Of a stretch of DNA of 53,765 bases, positions 9,772 through 19,583 are shown in pieces (position 1 is the stretch's first letter; every line of letters begins with the position of its first letter). The stretch spans positions 1 to 53,765 of the IMG/VR virus record IMGVR_UViG_3300023181_000008; one strand, given 5' to 3'. The notes under the pieces were generated by a model. The model saw only the letters and a program-made list of their open reading frames with translations. It was not told where the DNA came from and made no database searches. The translations under genes were made by a program, and so were the position numbers. The stretch comes from a virus (Duplodnaviria > Caudoviricetes).

Positions 9772-11079
9772 ATGAAAAAAATATCAGAATTAACAGGGAG
9801 TAACAATGTTATTCACATCAAAACAAAAAAGCAGGCTAAAGGCATTGCAAAGTTGTTTCCGGGATACGAAGAAGTGGTTATGGAAGCGTTTGTTAAATAT
9901 TATGGACAAAATACATGTTTGAGTCCTATTAAGGTTGGCGAAAATTTAAAAAGGGTTTATTATTGTGATTATAATAATTCAATAAAAAACGGCTACACAA
10001 TACACAAAGCCTCCGACTTTCTGCCAAAGAAATCTAAGCTTGCAAAACTTAGCAAACGCCTTACTATTGTGGAAACACAGATTGCTGAAATGATGGATAA
10101 GGATATTGACACTAAAGCAATGTCTAACATAGAACTTAAAACCGCTAATATAAACGGTAAATTGTATCATCTTAAATATGAAGGAAATGCAGCTTATATA
10201 GCGAATGTAGACAACATCGAGGTTAAGGACGCGCAACAGGAACTTTCAACGCTGCCTGAGAAGTGGTGTGTTAAGCCAATCGAAGAAACCTATAGATATG
10301 CTTTGCAATTTTATCCTAATTTATCAAATGGAGTTTTAGATGGATTAGGTTATTTACATTTTCCTTTATACAAAACAGGGTCTTGCAATTTATGTTGGAG
10401 TGCATTTATAAAAACAGGCTACACCGAAATAACCTTTGAGCAGTTTAAAAAATGGGTGCTGAAAGAAGATGTTTCCAAAATGGAAAGTACTGAGCCTGTT
10501 AAGTTACACACATGGTATATAACAGAAGATGGCGTGTCTTTATTTTGCTATTTGGATTTAGATTCAGCAAGGGTTTACGGTTTTCGTGAGGGTAATTTTA
10601 TCGAAAAAGATTCTTACTGGGGATGGCCTTTAGATTACAAAAAAAAGACACGTCTTGCTACTACCGAAGAAATATCAACCGCCCTTATAGCCGAAGCAAA
10701 GAAACGTGGGTTTGTAGATGGGGTAAAGTTTAAATCAGCAGCATCTAATGAACTTTTCGAAGCCACAGGAGACTATAAATATTATGATTACGACGGAGGA
10801 TTTGTTTCATATAAAGAAGGATGCATATTCCAAAAAGGCAAGTGGGCAGAAATAGTACCTGCTGAATTTGAATGGAGTAAGCCGGGGCAGTTGGTGCAGT
10901 ATCTTGATAGCCCATTTTTAGTTATAACAGGGCGTAATAATAGTTTAGTTTCTGAATATTTTAATGGCGCCATAGTAAGTATAGATGATAAATACAATTC
11001 AGTAATATTTGGAGATTACAGATCGTGGAATAAAGAAAGCTTCATACCATACACAGGAGAACCTATAATATTGAAATAA
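9772..11079 (+). CDS. Multi-module hypothetical protein
   Basis: 435 aa; contains LPEKWCVK, YTEITFEQFKKWVL and RLATTEEI..ALIAEAKKRGF blocks. Confidence 0.7.
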   Translation: MKKISELTGSNNVIHIKTKKQAKGIAKLFPGYEEVVMEAFVKYYGQNTCLSPIKVGENLKRVYYCDYNNSIKNGYTIHKASDFLPKKSKLAKLSKRLTIVETQIAEMMDKDIDTKAMSNIELKTANINGKLYHLKYEGNAAYIANVDNIEVKDAQQELSTLPEKWCVKPIEETYRYALQFYPNLSNGVLDGLGYLHFPLYKTGSCNLCWSAFIKTGYTEITFEQFKKWVLKEDVSKMESTEPVKLHTWYITEDGVSLFCYLDLDSARVYGFREGNFIEKDSYWGWPLDYKKKTRLATTEEISTALIAEAKKRGFVDGVKFKSAASNELFEATGDYKYYDYDGGFVSYKEGCIFQKGKWAEIVPAEFEWSKPGQLVQYLDSPFLVITGRNNSLVSEYFNGAIVSIDDKYNSVIFGDYRSWNKESFIPYTGEPIILK

Positions 11080-11360
11080 TGAATAACTTAACACCCGATG
11101 TAGTCAACTTTTATTGCTTAATTTGTTCATTAATAATGTTTGGTATGTATATAATATTTCAAATACTAAACAGCGAAATAAGGCACGAATGGCAGATAAA
11201 ACAGGAAGGTAATAAGTTTACCCCACAGAAAAAGATATTTAAACGGTGGAGTATACTTAATGAAACAATAAATTATGTTAAATTTGACACGTTACATGAT
11301 GCCGACTACTTTATTGGCCAGAAAAAACAGGTATTAAAAGTAACAATACATAAACGTTAA
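11079..11360 (+). CDS. Hypothetical membrane protein
   Basis: N-terminal hydrophobic helix. Confidence 0.55.
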   Translation: MNNLTPDVVNFYCLICSLIMFGMYIIFQILNSEIRHEWQIKQEGNKFTPQKKIFKRWSILNETINYVKFDTLHDADYFIGQKKQVLKVTIHKR

Positions 11361-11383
11361 TTGTTTTTTAGTTTGGTTGGTTT

Positions 11384-11413
11384 AGCCGCTGTATTTACAC
11401 AGCGGCTTTTTTT
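11384..11413 (+). terminator. Intrinsic terminator between convergent genes
   Basis: AGCCGCTGT-atttac-ACAGCGGCT followed by a T run. Confidence 0.8.
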
Positions 11414-14400
11414 ATCCAATCCTTTTGCCTTTAAACTGTGCCCTGTTATTAGCATCATGTCGTTTACCTGCCGCTGTAGCCGCGAAGTAATTTAAGCCCC
11501 TCTTATCGGCTGTCATTACGTTTACAGGCATCTTAGCTAAGGTTCTATCCATTACCCTCTGCATATCGGACTCCGTTAACCCTGCAATGTTATTCATTAC
11601 CACGTTCGGCAGTCCGTTACTTAACAATCCGCTGCTTGCAATATCAGGATATACCTTAGTACCTTTAGGTAAGTCTACCAATGTAGATTTATTAGGCGTA
11701 ATGCTAAGCTTACCATCAGGAGTTTGTATAACCTCATGTCTACCACCATCGCCCACTATTGCCTTACCTCCTATGTGGTTATCCGTACCTTCTGCATAAG
11801 CAGGTATCGGTCTTGATGCTATCATGGCTATTTGCGCTGCTCCTAACGCACCAACTAATGCCGCAAGAACTACGTTAGGTAATGCCGATACAACCGCGCT
11901 CGCTGTACTTATAATAGCGTTAAACAATGCTGCTTCTTTATCTGCCTTAGCTTCTCTAATTCTTATCTCTCGCTTTTGTTCTTCTAATTGCCTTGCAAGC
12001 TCTTGTTCTGCTTCTGCATTGCCGTTAGCGAATTTCATCCTAATACTATAATTTCTGTCAAGCTCCGCAAGTTCGGCATCAGTATTAGCCTGCCTGTTTT
12101 GGTTTATGAATCCGTAAAGGTCTTTAGTCAGGTCAGTAACCAAATTAAACGATGCTTTAAAACCCTCAAACTCAACTTTATTGGCTTGCTTCATTTGGGA
12201 CTTATACTGCTCAACGTTTATAGCCCCTGAATCTAAAGCTGCTTTTGCTGCCATGCGTATATTTGCCGCTGCTGTGTGTGCCTGGTCTTGTATCTTTTGG
12301 AACGTGCTACCTACCCTTTTTTCTATGTTGCCTGCGGAATCTATTATTTCATACTCTACCTTATCGAATAATGTTGATAGCCCACTAAAGCCCATTTCAT
12401 CAAAGAAACCTGATACACGTGATTGCGATAATTCATTAAGGTATCTTTGGGTTTCGCTTCTTACATCGGCAATTGCTTTTAACCTGTCATTATCTGTTTT
12501 AAGTATATCTTTTTTAAGTTGAAGTTCTTTATTTTCTAAAGCTACAATAGATTCGTTTTGCCCTAACTGCTGATTCCTTGCAATTATTCGTTCCTTCTCT
12601 GCTTGTACCCTTTTAAGTTCAATACCTAATATTTTTTGCTCCGCATCCTCTTGATCCTCATTAATGCGCATTAAACTATTTTCTAACGCTGTAAAATCTC
12701 CATTCTCACGTATTGAATATAGTAGTTTGTTTGCCGACACAAGTCCCGCAAGTTGTCTTTCTTCTATTGTGTTAACAGATGCTTGGTCTTGAATAGATTC
12801 TAAAACACCCTGTAGTTTTTTGGCAGATTCTATTTCTATATTTGTTTTCTTAGATAAATATTCCTCGTCTATTAGTTCTTTTTTTAGGATATGCGAATAG
12901 TGAAGTGACGTTAACGAGCTTGCCGCTAAACTACCTTCTTTTATATTCTCTTTATACGCTTTTACCTGATTAGCGTAGTCTAAATCTTCAAGCCTTTTTG
13001 CTTCCGAATACTCTTGTTGGTTAAGTGTGTTTCTCTTGAAAAAGTAATTATTAGCAGCAGCGATACGCTTTTGATAATTTACCTCTTCGTCATTCATAAT
13101 ACGATCTTCTGACTCTATCCAGTATTCGATGTTTTGCTTACGTAAATTGAAAACATCAGCTAAATAGTCAACCTCTATTTTCTGACGCTTTTTGGTGGTT
13201 TCGGTAACCCCAAGTATAGCTACTTTTTCAGCCTCTAAGGCTTTTATTTTTGCCTGTATTGGCTTAGCCTCGTCTCGTGTTGTAGATTTATCTAAAAGGT
13301 CTTTTTGTTCTTTTATTAGTTTTTCTATGAATGTTACGTCTCTTGGGTCAGCCTTAGGGGCTTCAGGGGCAGCATTAGGCGAGGTGTTGCCTGTAGCTTT
13401 GTTTAGCTCTGTCTGAATACCAAGCCTGTTTTTTAACACCTCAATAGCCTGTTTTGTTTTAGCTATATTATCTTCATTCGCCAAACGTGCTTTTAGGTAT
13501 ACAGTTCTTTCTTCATCGGTTAAAGTCCTCCAATTACGTGTTACTGTATTTTGAACAACTAAAACGTCATTTCTTCTCTTAATAAATCCAACACCTTGAA
13601 GCCTTAATCCGTTAACCTCTTTCTCGGTAACATTTAAAACCTGTGCTTCTTTTTGGTATTGATTAAGTAGTTCTTGATTTTTCTTTAGCTCCTTATTAGT
13701 TTGCCTTTCGTATAGTTCTCTTTTAGCGGCTATATATTCCTTAGTTTTTGCTGTGTTAATAGCTAAGGCGTTGCCGTATTTATCCATTTTAGATATGGCG
13801 GCAGGCACAGTTTTTCCTAAAGCAGCCAATATATTATTCAGCTCTACTTGCTCTTTTGAGTTTAATTTTGTCTTGCCTGTCAAATCATCATACCTATCAG
13901 ACAGCCTTTTTATATACTCTGCATTCTGTTGGTTTACGTCCCTGTTTTTAATAAATTCAGCGGTATTTTTTTTAACACCCTCTTGGTTTTGTTTTAATTT
14001 AGCTTCCTGCTCTTCTACACTCACATTCATTTTGCTAATCCAGTATATTAACCCCGCTACTGCCGCTATAGCAAGACCAAGTGCGTTAGCTTTTAATATA
14101 GCCGAAAATCTTCCCCATGCTGCAGAAGCTATATTAGTTGCCGTTGTGTTGGCAACCTGAGCAACCGTATTAGCGGCAACACCTACTGTATTTTCTGCCT
14201 CGGCTATAGTGTTGGCTTCTGATGCAACCGTATTTACAGCTTCTGCTACCGTATCAGCCTCTACCGCCACGACATTTGCTGCTACCGCGACCGTGTTGGC
14301 TGCTGTGGCTGTTGTATTTGTCGCTTGTGCTGCCGTTTGTATAGACAATGACTGAGTCATTAGCCATGCTTGTAATTGTGCTGCTGCGGCAAATAATTTA

Positions 14401-16079
14401 TATGTAGCCCATGCGCCCGCACCCTTTAAAATCCACCCTATTATCTGAGTTAAATTGTCTCTAAGATAAATAAGCGCATCGGTAATTGTGCTTGTTCCTG
14501 AATTTGCTTCATTAGTGTTTAAAATATATGCGTCCCATTCATCATTAATATCTGATAGTATAGATGATATACTCTTGCTTGCTGCTTCAACTTCTGTATT
14601 TAAAGCCACATTATCTTTATACTCTTTGTTAGCGGTATTAACAGATTTTTCTAACAAGTTATAGTTAGCGGCTAATGCCCCTACGACAGTAAATGTACGC
14701 TTTTCGCTAAGCCCTAATTTATCTAAAACAAGCCCTAAGTTCTGTCCCTCTTTTTTTGCTTTTGAAAGGCCTGCAACCAATTTAAGGAACACTCCAGCTG
14801 CATCAGTATTGAATTGATCGGCTAATTCTTTTTCACTTAAACCTGTTAATTGCAAAACATCGCTTAGGTTTTCCCCTAAAGATATAGCCCTGTTTATTAC
14901 ATTAAATGTTGACTGTATTGCGCTCCTTGATGCTTCGGCTTCTGACCCTAAAGACGATGTAGCTGCTGCAACTCCAAGTATGCTATCGGCAGATGAATTA
15001 TATACAGCAGTACCTTTTGCTATTTCTGTGGCATTCGCTAATATCTCTGCTTCGGTGGTGGCAAAGTTGTTACCTAATTGGGTTATAACAGACGCAAGTC
15101 TGTCAGCGTTTTCAAAACTGTCAGCCGATACCTCTATAAATTTAGCAAAGTTTTGAACCTGTTCGTCAGATATTATATTTGATGTTAACTTTAGCTTTTC
15201 AATGGCAAGTGAAAACTTAAGTATGTTTTCAGTTCCTTTTACACCAAGCTGCCCGGCTATTTCTGCTGACTTCAATAACCCGTTAATATTAACACCTTCT
15301 GTAGCTACACCTAAGTCTATAACATCCTGTCCTAATTGCTTTAATTGGTCGCCTGTTATGTTTGTTGTTTTACCTACGGCTATTAATTGCCTGTCAAAGC
15401 TTTTAATTTCGTTAAATACGTCTCTAAGCATAGTAGCCAATAAAGCTACACCTGTAACTAAACCAAAAGCCCCTAAAAAATCTCTTATGCCTTGTGCGGC
15501 CTGTCTCGGGTAATTACCTACATTACGATTAAACCGCCCAACAGCCCTATCGGCTGCAAGCACCCTGGCGTTAAGTCTGTCAAAATCTGCTTGCGCTGTT
15601 CTTAGCTCTCTATTGTATTGTTTTTGGCTTTGCTCTGCTGTTCTGCCTCGGGCTATTAAGTCTTGCACTCTTCTGGCAGCAATATTTTGTTGTGCGCTTA
15701 GCCTTTCGTAAGAGTTGGCAAAAGTAGAGTTAGCCTGAGCGGCACGAGCGGCATTGGCAGCAAGTAACCTATTGTTGGTTATTTCTTGTTGCGTACGTTG
15801 GTTGTTGTTAGCTCTGGCATTGGCAACGCGTTCAGTAGACTGCGCAAGAGTATTATTAAGCCTTAACTGTTGTTCTAAAAGTATGTTATTCTGTTTAAGA
15901 AGTCCGTTAAGCTCATTTACAAAGGACTTAGCCTGCGAAGGTACTTTTATATTTTTAAAAGATTCCCCCGCCTTGTTTATGCCTTTCTTAAGTTCCTCAA
16001 CTGTCTTAATTAAGTCCTGAACTTCTTTACGGGCGTTTTTCTCAACAACCGATACAAATTCTCCGCTATTTCCTGCCAT
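11412..16079 (-). CDS. Tail tape measure protein
   Basis: 1555 aa, Ala-rich and coiled-coil; TP901-like core (VGKTTN...LGNNFATTEAEI); C-terminal PAYAEGT...VGDGG.HEVI motif. Confidence 0.92.
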   Translation of the reverse strand: MAGNSGEFVSVVEKNARKEVQDLIKTVEELKKGINKAGESFKNIKVPSQAKSFVNELNGLLKQNNILLEQQLRLNNTLAQSTERVANARANNNQRTQQEITNNRLLAANAARAAQANSTFANSYERLSAQQNIAARRVQDLIARGRTAEQSQKQYNRELRTAQADFDRLNARVLAADRAVGRFNRNVGNYPRQAAQGIRDFLGAFGLVTGVALLATMLRDVFNEIKSFDRQLIAVGKTTNITGDQLKQLGQDVIDLGVATEGVNINGLLKSAEIAGQLGVKGTENILKFSLAIEKLKLTSNIISDEQVQNFAKFIEVSADSFENADRLASVITQLGNNFATTEAEILANATEIAKGTAVYNSSADSILGVAAATSSLGSEAEASRSAIQSTFNVINRAISLGENLSDVLQLTGLSEKELADQFNTDAAGVFLKLVAGLSKAKKEGQNLGLVLDKLGLSEKRTFTVVGALAANYNLLEKSVNTANKEYKDNVALNTEVEAASKSISSILSDINDEWDAYILNTNEANSGTSTITDALIYLRDNLTQIIGWILKGAGAWATYKLFAAAAQLQAWLMTQSLSIQTAAQATNTTATAANTVAVAANVVAVEADTVAEAVNTVASEANTIAEAENTVGVAANTVAQVANTTATNIASAAWGRFSAILKANALGLAIAAVAGLIYWISKMNVSVEEQEAKLKQNQEGVKKNTAEFIKNRDVNQQNAEYIKRLSDRYDDLTGKTKLNSKEQVELNNILAALGKTVPAAISKMDKYGNALAINTAKTKEYIAAKRELYERQTNKELKKNQELLNQYQKEAQVLNVTEKEVNGLRLQGVGFIKRRNDVLVVQNTVTRNWRTLTDEERTVYLKARLANEDNIAKTKQAIEVLKNRLGIQTELNKATGNTSPNAAPEAPKADPRDVTFIEKLIKEQKDLLDKSTTRDEAKPIQAKIKALEAEKVAILGVTETTKKRQKIEVDYLADVFNLRKQNIEYWIESEDRIMNDEEVNYQKRIAAANNYFFKRNTLNQQEYSEAKRLEDLDYANQVKAYKENIKEGSLAASSLTSLHYSHILKKELIDEEYLSKKTNIEIESAKKLQGVLESIQDQASVNTIEERQLAGLVSANKLLYSIRENGDFTALENSLMRINEDQEDAEQKILGIELKRVQAEKERIIARNQQLGQNESIVALENKELQLKKDILKTDNDRLKAIADVRSETQRYLNELSQSRVSGFFDEMGFSGLSTLFDKVEYEIIDSAGNIEKRVGSTFQKIQDQAHTAAANIRMAAKAALDSGAINVEQYKSQMKQANKVEFEGFKASFNLVTDLTKDLYGFINQNRQANTDAELAELDRNYSIRMKFANGNAEAEQELARQLEEQKREIRIREAKADKEAALFNAIISTASAVVSALPNVVLAALVGALGAAQIAMIASRPIPAYAEGTDNHIGGKAIVGDGGRHEVIQTPDGKLSITPNKSTLVDLPKGTKVYPDIASSGLLSNGLPNVVMNNIAGLTESDMQRVMDRTLAKMPVNVMTADKRGLNYFAATAAGKRHDANNRAQFKGKRIG

Positions 16080-16665
16080 TTTGTTGTGCTTTACGTTGGT
16101 TACTTACATCTATTGCTGCCTTAGTTAGTTCCGCATACATGTATAAGCTAATGTTTTCGTCAATATGCATTCCATCTAATGCTTGGCGTAATCTAACTAT
16201 ATCGCCCTGAAATACATATTTTGATTTTTCTTCTTTCTTTTCCTTATCATCCTTAATAGAGTTTATCTGATTTTTTAATATGCCCAAAACACTGCTTTGA
16301 ACCCTTTGAATCTCTGATTTTAATAAATTAAGGTCTTTTTTAAAATTTACTTTAACCCCATCAATAGAGTTTAGTTCATCTATAATCTTGTTACGCTCAT
16401 GTATAGTAAGCGGTGTAAATGATATCAACCCAAGTACTGAATTTATATATGTAATCTTTGCTTCTAAGTGATATATTTTAGCCTTCTTTAAAAGGTACGT
16501 TTTAAGTTTTATGTTAGGCAAAATAGTAAAATACTCGTCACTAATAACGTCGTAGGCTTTCTCACATTCCTCAATGCTTACCGTACCCATTTTTTGGTAG
16601 TCCTCGGTATGCATTATATCAAAGAATAGCTTAGCAGGTATCTCGCAGTTAGTGTAGTATATCAT
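16066..16665 (-). CDS. Putative tail assembly chaperone
   Basis: Directly upstream of the tape measure gene. Confidence 0.45.
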   Translation of the reverse strand: MIYYTNCEIPAKLFFDIMHTEDYQKMGTVSIEECEKAYDVISDEYFTILPNIKLKTYLLKKAKIYHLEAKITYINSVLGLISFTPLTIHERNKIIDELNSIDGVKVNFKKDLNLLKSEIQRVQSSVLGILKNQINSIKDDKEKKEEKSKYVFQGDIVRLRQALDGMHIDENISLYMYAELTKAAIDVSNQRKAQQNGRK

Positions 16666-17114
16666 TGTCCTAATCGTTGTTTTATGTATTTAGCAATTGG
16701 TGTAACGTAATATAAAGCCTCAACCTTAGCGAAAGTACGCTGATTTAAACCCATTATATCTCGTCCGTATGCTTCTATTAGTTTAGGGGCTTTACTGTTC
16801 CCTGAATCGAATATAAAGCCCCTTCCTGACTGAACAGGAAAAAGGCTATTAGCAAAAGCCCCCGTCTTGATTAGGTCAACATAACCATATCCAGCGAGGG
16901 CATTTTGTGCATGCTTAGCGGCAGCATACTCAGGGTTAGCGTATGTGCCTATTTTTTTAAATGAGGGTCTGTAACCAAATTCAAGTTCGTTAATCTTTGC
17001 CTTTTTCAGCACTTGATTTTGATCCCTTTCCACTAATATCACTACCTGTTGATGCAGATCCTGTTGGCTTATTGCCTTCGCTCTCCTTATCCACTCTGCT
17101 GCTGATATCCCCAT
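16662..17114 (-). CDS. Putative neck/tail completion protein
   Basis: Basic protein with Y...K...VDLIKTG.F..S pattern; position in the tail module. Confidence 0.55.
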   Translation of the reverse strand: MGISAAEWIRRAKAISQQDLHQQVVILVERDQNQVLKKAKINELEFGYRPSFKKIGTYANPEYAAAKHAQNALAGYGYVDLIKTGAFANSLFPVQSGRGFIFDSGNSKAPKLIEAYGRDIMGLNQRTFAKVEALYYVTPIAKYIKQRLGQ

Positions 17115-17271
17115 TTGGCACTCCTTTTAAAGCCTTTTCGGCTTGTTTATCGCTAACGAAAGAGCCATTTTGTTGTAGCTTTTCAATCTGCTTATCTTTT
17201 GTTAAAGATACAAATTTTTCGTAACCACTTGCGCTAAATGACAAGTGAAGTATGTTTGTTGACTTTGCCAT
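16990..17271 (-). CDS. Small hypothetical protein downstream of the tail tube gene
   Basis: ATG 3 nt after the tube stop; low-complexity C-terminus overlaps the next gene. Confidence 0.5.
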   Translation of the reverse strand: MAKSTNILHLSFSASGYEKFVSLTKDKQIEKLQQNGSFVSDKQAEKALKGVPNGDISSRVDKESEGNKPTGSASTGSDISGKGSKSSAEKGKD

Positions 17272-17274
17272 AAA

Positions 17275-18210
17275 TTAAGCTGTTACAGTTATGTTTGCGC
17301 TTTGACCGTAGTATAATAGATTATCGCCAAGCAAAGCCATAGGTTGCTCAGCAATTGCATCGTAAAGCTCTACAACTATTATATTGGTAGCGGTAATATT
17401 TGTAGTTGGATCGATGGTGTATTTACCTGGATTTCCCGGAACAGCAGTAACAGTATCAATAGGCACTATTAGTCCTGTAGTAATGTTTCTAACCCTAAAG
17501 CTTTCTTCTGTTAGTGCTTCTATGCCATAGCTTGTATTGCCCATAGCCGTAACATTAACAGTGATTAATGCAGGTGTTGCAGTTCCTGTAACTATGGTGT
17601 TATTGAAGCCTTTTAGCTCGTCATTTAGGTCTGCACCTATTTGCTCTTGTGTAATAGCTGTCATTTGGTTAGTCCACGCAACCTCATTACGTACTTGGTA
17701 CATAATAAATGTTTTTGCAGTTTCATCGTTAAACGCGTCAGTATACGTTGGCACGTTAAACATATTAGTATCATAAGCTGTTAGCTTAGTACCGGCAACA
17801 TTTCTTTGTAGCCAAACAGTACCGTTATTGTCAATCTCAATAACTCCACCGTTCCTGAATCCAGAATAGCTTGCTGCGGCTTTATGCCAGTAGATGCCAT
17901 TGTCAAATTCTAAAGACCTTTGCGGTTTTCCATTACTAACTACAGCAATGCTGTGGTCGGCATACTCTTTTGTTATTGACTCAGGGGTATTATTTAGAAA
18001 GTCAAGCGTATTAAGAAACGGTGCAAAAGTACCATCCTGAACTTTACTTACTACATAGGCTAAGTCAAAAGTTTCTGTAGCCGGGTCAAAGCTCCATCCT
18101 GGCTTAACTTTAATTACAGACGTTATCTTACCTTTTCTTAAAAGGCAATCAACTAACCCTGTTCCCAAAAACTGTTTGTTGCAATTTAATGCGTCTATTT
18201 GTGTAGGCAT
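17275..18210 (-). CDS. Major tail tube protein
   Basis: 311 aa, Thr-rich, beta-rich C-terminal extension; position after head-tail genes. Confidence 0.7.
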   Translation of the reverse strand: MPTQIDALNCNKQFLGTGLVDCLLRKGKITSVIKVKPGWSFDPATETFDLAYVVSKVQDGTFAPFLNTLDFLNNTPESITKEYADHSIAVVSNGKPQRSLEFDNGIYWHKAAASYSGFRNGGVIEIDNNGTVWLQRNVAGTKLTAYDTNMFNVPTYTDAFNDETAKTFIMYQVRNEVAWTNQMTAITQEQIGADLNDELKGFNNTIVTGTATPALITVNVTAMGNTSYGIEALTEESFRVRNITTGLIVPIDTVTAVPGNPGKYTIDPTTNITATNIIVVELYDAIAEQPMALLGDNLLYYGQSANITVTA

Positions 18211-18232
18211 TTGTTATATTTTTTAATAATTA

Positions 18233-18748
18233 TTAGCAAGAACATTTATTGTTAGGGTCAAAGCTTGATACGTTTAATAGCACCTTAAAACAATGGTAAG
18301 GCTGCATATCATCTTCAATCCTGTATGAGTAACCATTAAACACATCGGCAATGTCTGTAACCAATCTATTTATACTAATCATAGACGAACTCCTTAAAGC
18401 GGCTAAAACATCGTTGTGAACCTCTGCATCGCGCCTATCGGGTAATCCTGTTATCTCTGGCAAGTTCAGAGTGAAAAACAATTCCAATTCAGTACTATAC
18501 TTTAGGTTATTTATCTTCTCAATATCTCCAGTAAGCAAAAAGAAACATTTATTTTCTTCTGCAAACACTAAGTTTTGATAGTCTATTCGTTCAGTATAAT
18601 ACTCAATGGTGCTTAGTTGATCCCTTATTACTGGGTAACACCTCGGGTAAATGTTTAGTTTATCTGCCCACTTAAGCTTTTGTAAAGCCTTTTGAACGCA
18701 AAAAACTACTGCATCTATCCCTATTGGGTTTGTTTTTTCAATTACCAC
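18233..18748 (-). CDS. Putative tail terminator/head-tail joining protein
   Basis: Position in gene order. Confidence 0.5.
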   Translation of the reverse strand: MVIEKTNPIGIDAVVFCVQKALQKLKWADKLNIYPRCYPVIRDQLSTIEYYTERIDYQNLVFAEENKCFFLLTGDIEKINNLKYSTELELFFTLNLPEITGLPDRRDAEVHNDVLAALRSSSMISINRLVTDIADVFNGYSYRIEDDMQPYHCFKVLLNVSSFDPNNKCSC

Positions 18749-19398
18749 AACCTTGTGCCGTTTAGTCTTGGTCGCCTTACCGTTCCATCAGGGTCTAATA
18801 TAGAACCATCAGGTATGCGTGTAGGGAACAAAACGTTAATTAGTTTTTCTATAGTTTCAGCGTAAACAGCGTCAAGACCCTTTGATACTATAGTGCCATC
18901 GGGATTAAACCATCCTTTCAAATATTGCGGTATAGCATCATATTGCGCCTTATTAGCTACTGTGTTCCTGTTGCTTCTTTGTGTTGTAAGAAGTAGTTCA
19001 AGAGTTTTAATAGCCACAGAATACCCTATTGCTTCATCGAAAGACGCTTTCCTTAGGATAATAACATCTGAATAATCTAAGGCGTAATTTATGCTTATAA
19101 TATCATTGGTAACGGCTGCTGTTGCCCTTGTGTTTAGGTTGTAAACTTTGCTTAACACGTCCATAACGCCCTCGGCTTTTAACCTTGCCAATATTGCATT
19201 AAGCGTAGTATTGTCAACATCCTTGTTAGGTATTGAATCAAATACATTCTCAACGGTCACAAGCGGATTAAAGAAGCTAAAATACCTACCCGATTCGCTT
19301 AAACCATTCTCATGAGTAAGCGAAATCGAAGTTGGCGGTATTGGCTCATACCATCCTATTCTACCTATAAGGGCTTCTATGGATTGTGTGTTATACAA
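18742..19398 (-). CDS. Putative head-tail adaptor
   Basis: Position after the capsid gene. Confidence 0.5.
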   Translation of the reverse strand: MYNTQSIEALIGRIGWYEPIPPTSISLTHENGLSESGRYFSFFNPLVTVENVFDSIPNKDVDNTTLNAILARLKAEGVMDVLSKVYNLNTRATAAVTNDIISINYALDYSDVIILRKASFDEAIGYSVAIKTLELLLTTQRSNRNTVANKAQYDAIPQYLKGWFNPDGTIVSKGLDAVYAETIEKLINVLFPTRIPDGSILDPDGTVRRPRLNGTRLW

Positions 19399-19400
19399 AA

Positions 19401-19583
19401 TTACTCTTCTGTTTTAGTCTCTACCGGGGCAGAAACAATTTTACGGTTAACTAAGTTGGCTAATCTATCGGCATCGAAATGACTAACGTCAACGCCTGGC
19501 TCATAGCTTTCTGTGCCATACTCCTTAGCATCCTTAAAAGGCACTAATACAATATATCCTGTAGTTTCTCTTTTCTTAGCCAT
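19401..19583 (-). CDS. Small capsid-associated protein (start moved to MAKKRE)
   Basis: Y.V..PF.D...Y..G.DVS.F...RL..LV pattern, which I recall directly after phage capsid genes. Confidence 0.6.
   Translation of the reverse strand: MAKKRETTGYIVLVPFKDAKEYGTESYEPGVDVSHFDADRLANLVNRKIVSAPVETKTEE

Noticed and set aside
14130-14340. Ala/Asn/Thr/Val heptad-like repeat in the tape measure protein as a separate repeat element
   Set aside because: Degenerate periodic repeats are normal in tape measure proteins and there is no exact DNA-level array.
11587-16020. Plus-strand ORFs inside the tape measure gene (and similar ones inside other long genes)
   Set aside because: Antisense shadows of real genes, with no promoters, leaders or protein motifs.
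16066-17271. Tail-chaperone -1 frameshift (lambda G/GT type)
   Set aside because: I could not identify a convincing slippery heptamer joining two ORFs by eye.
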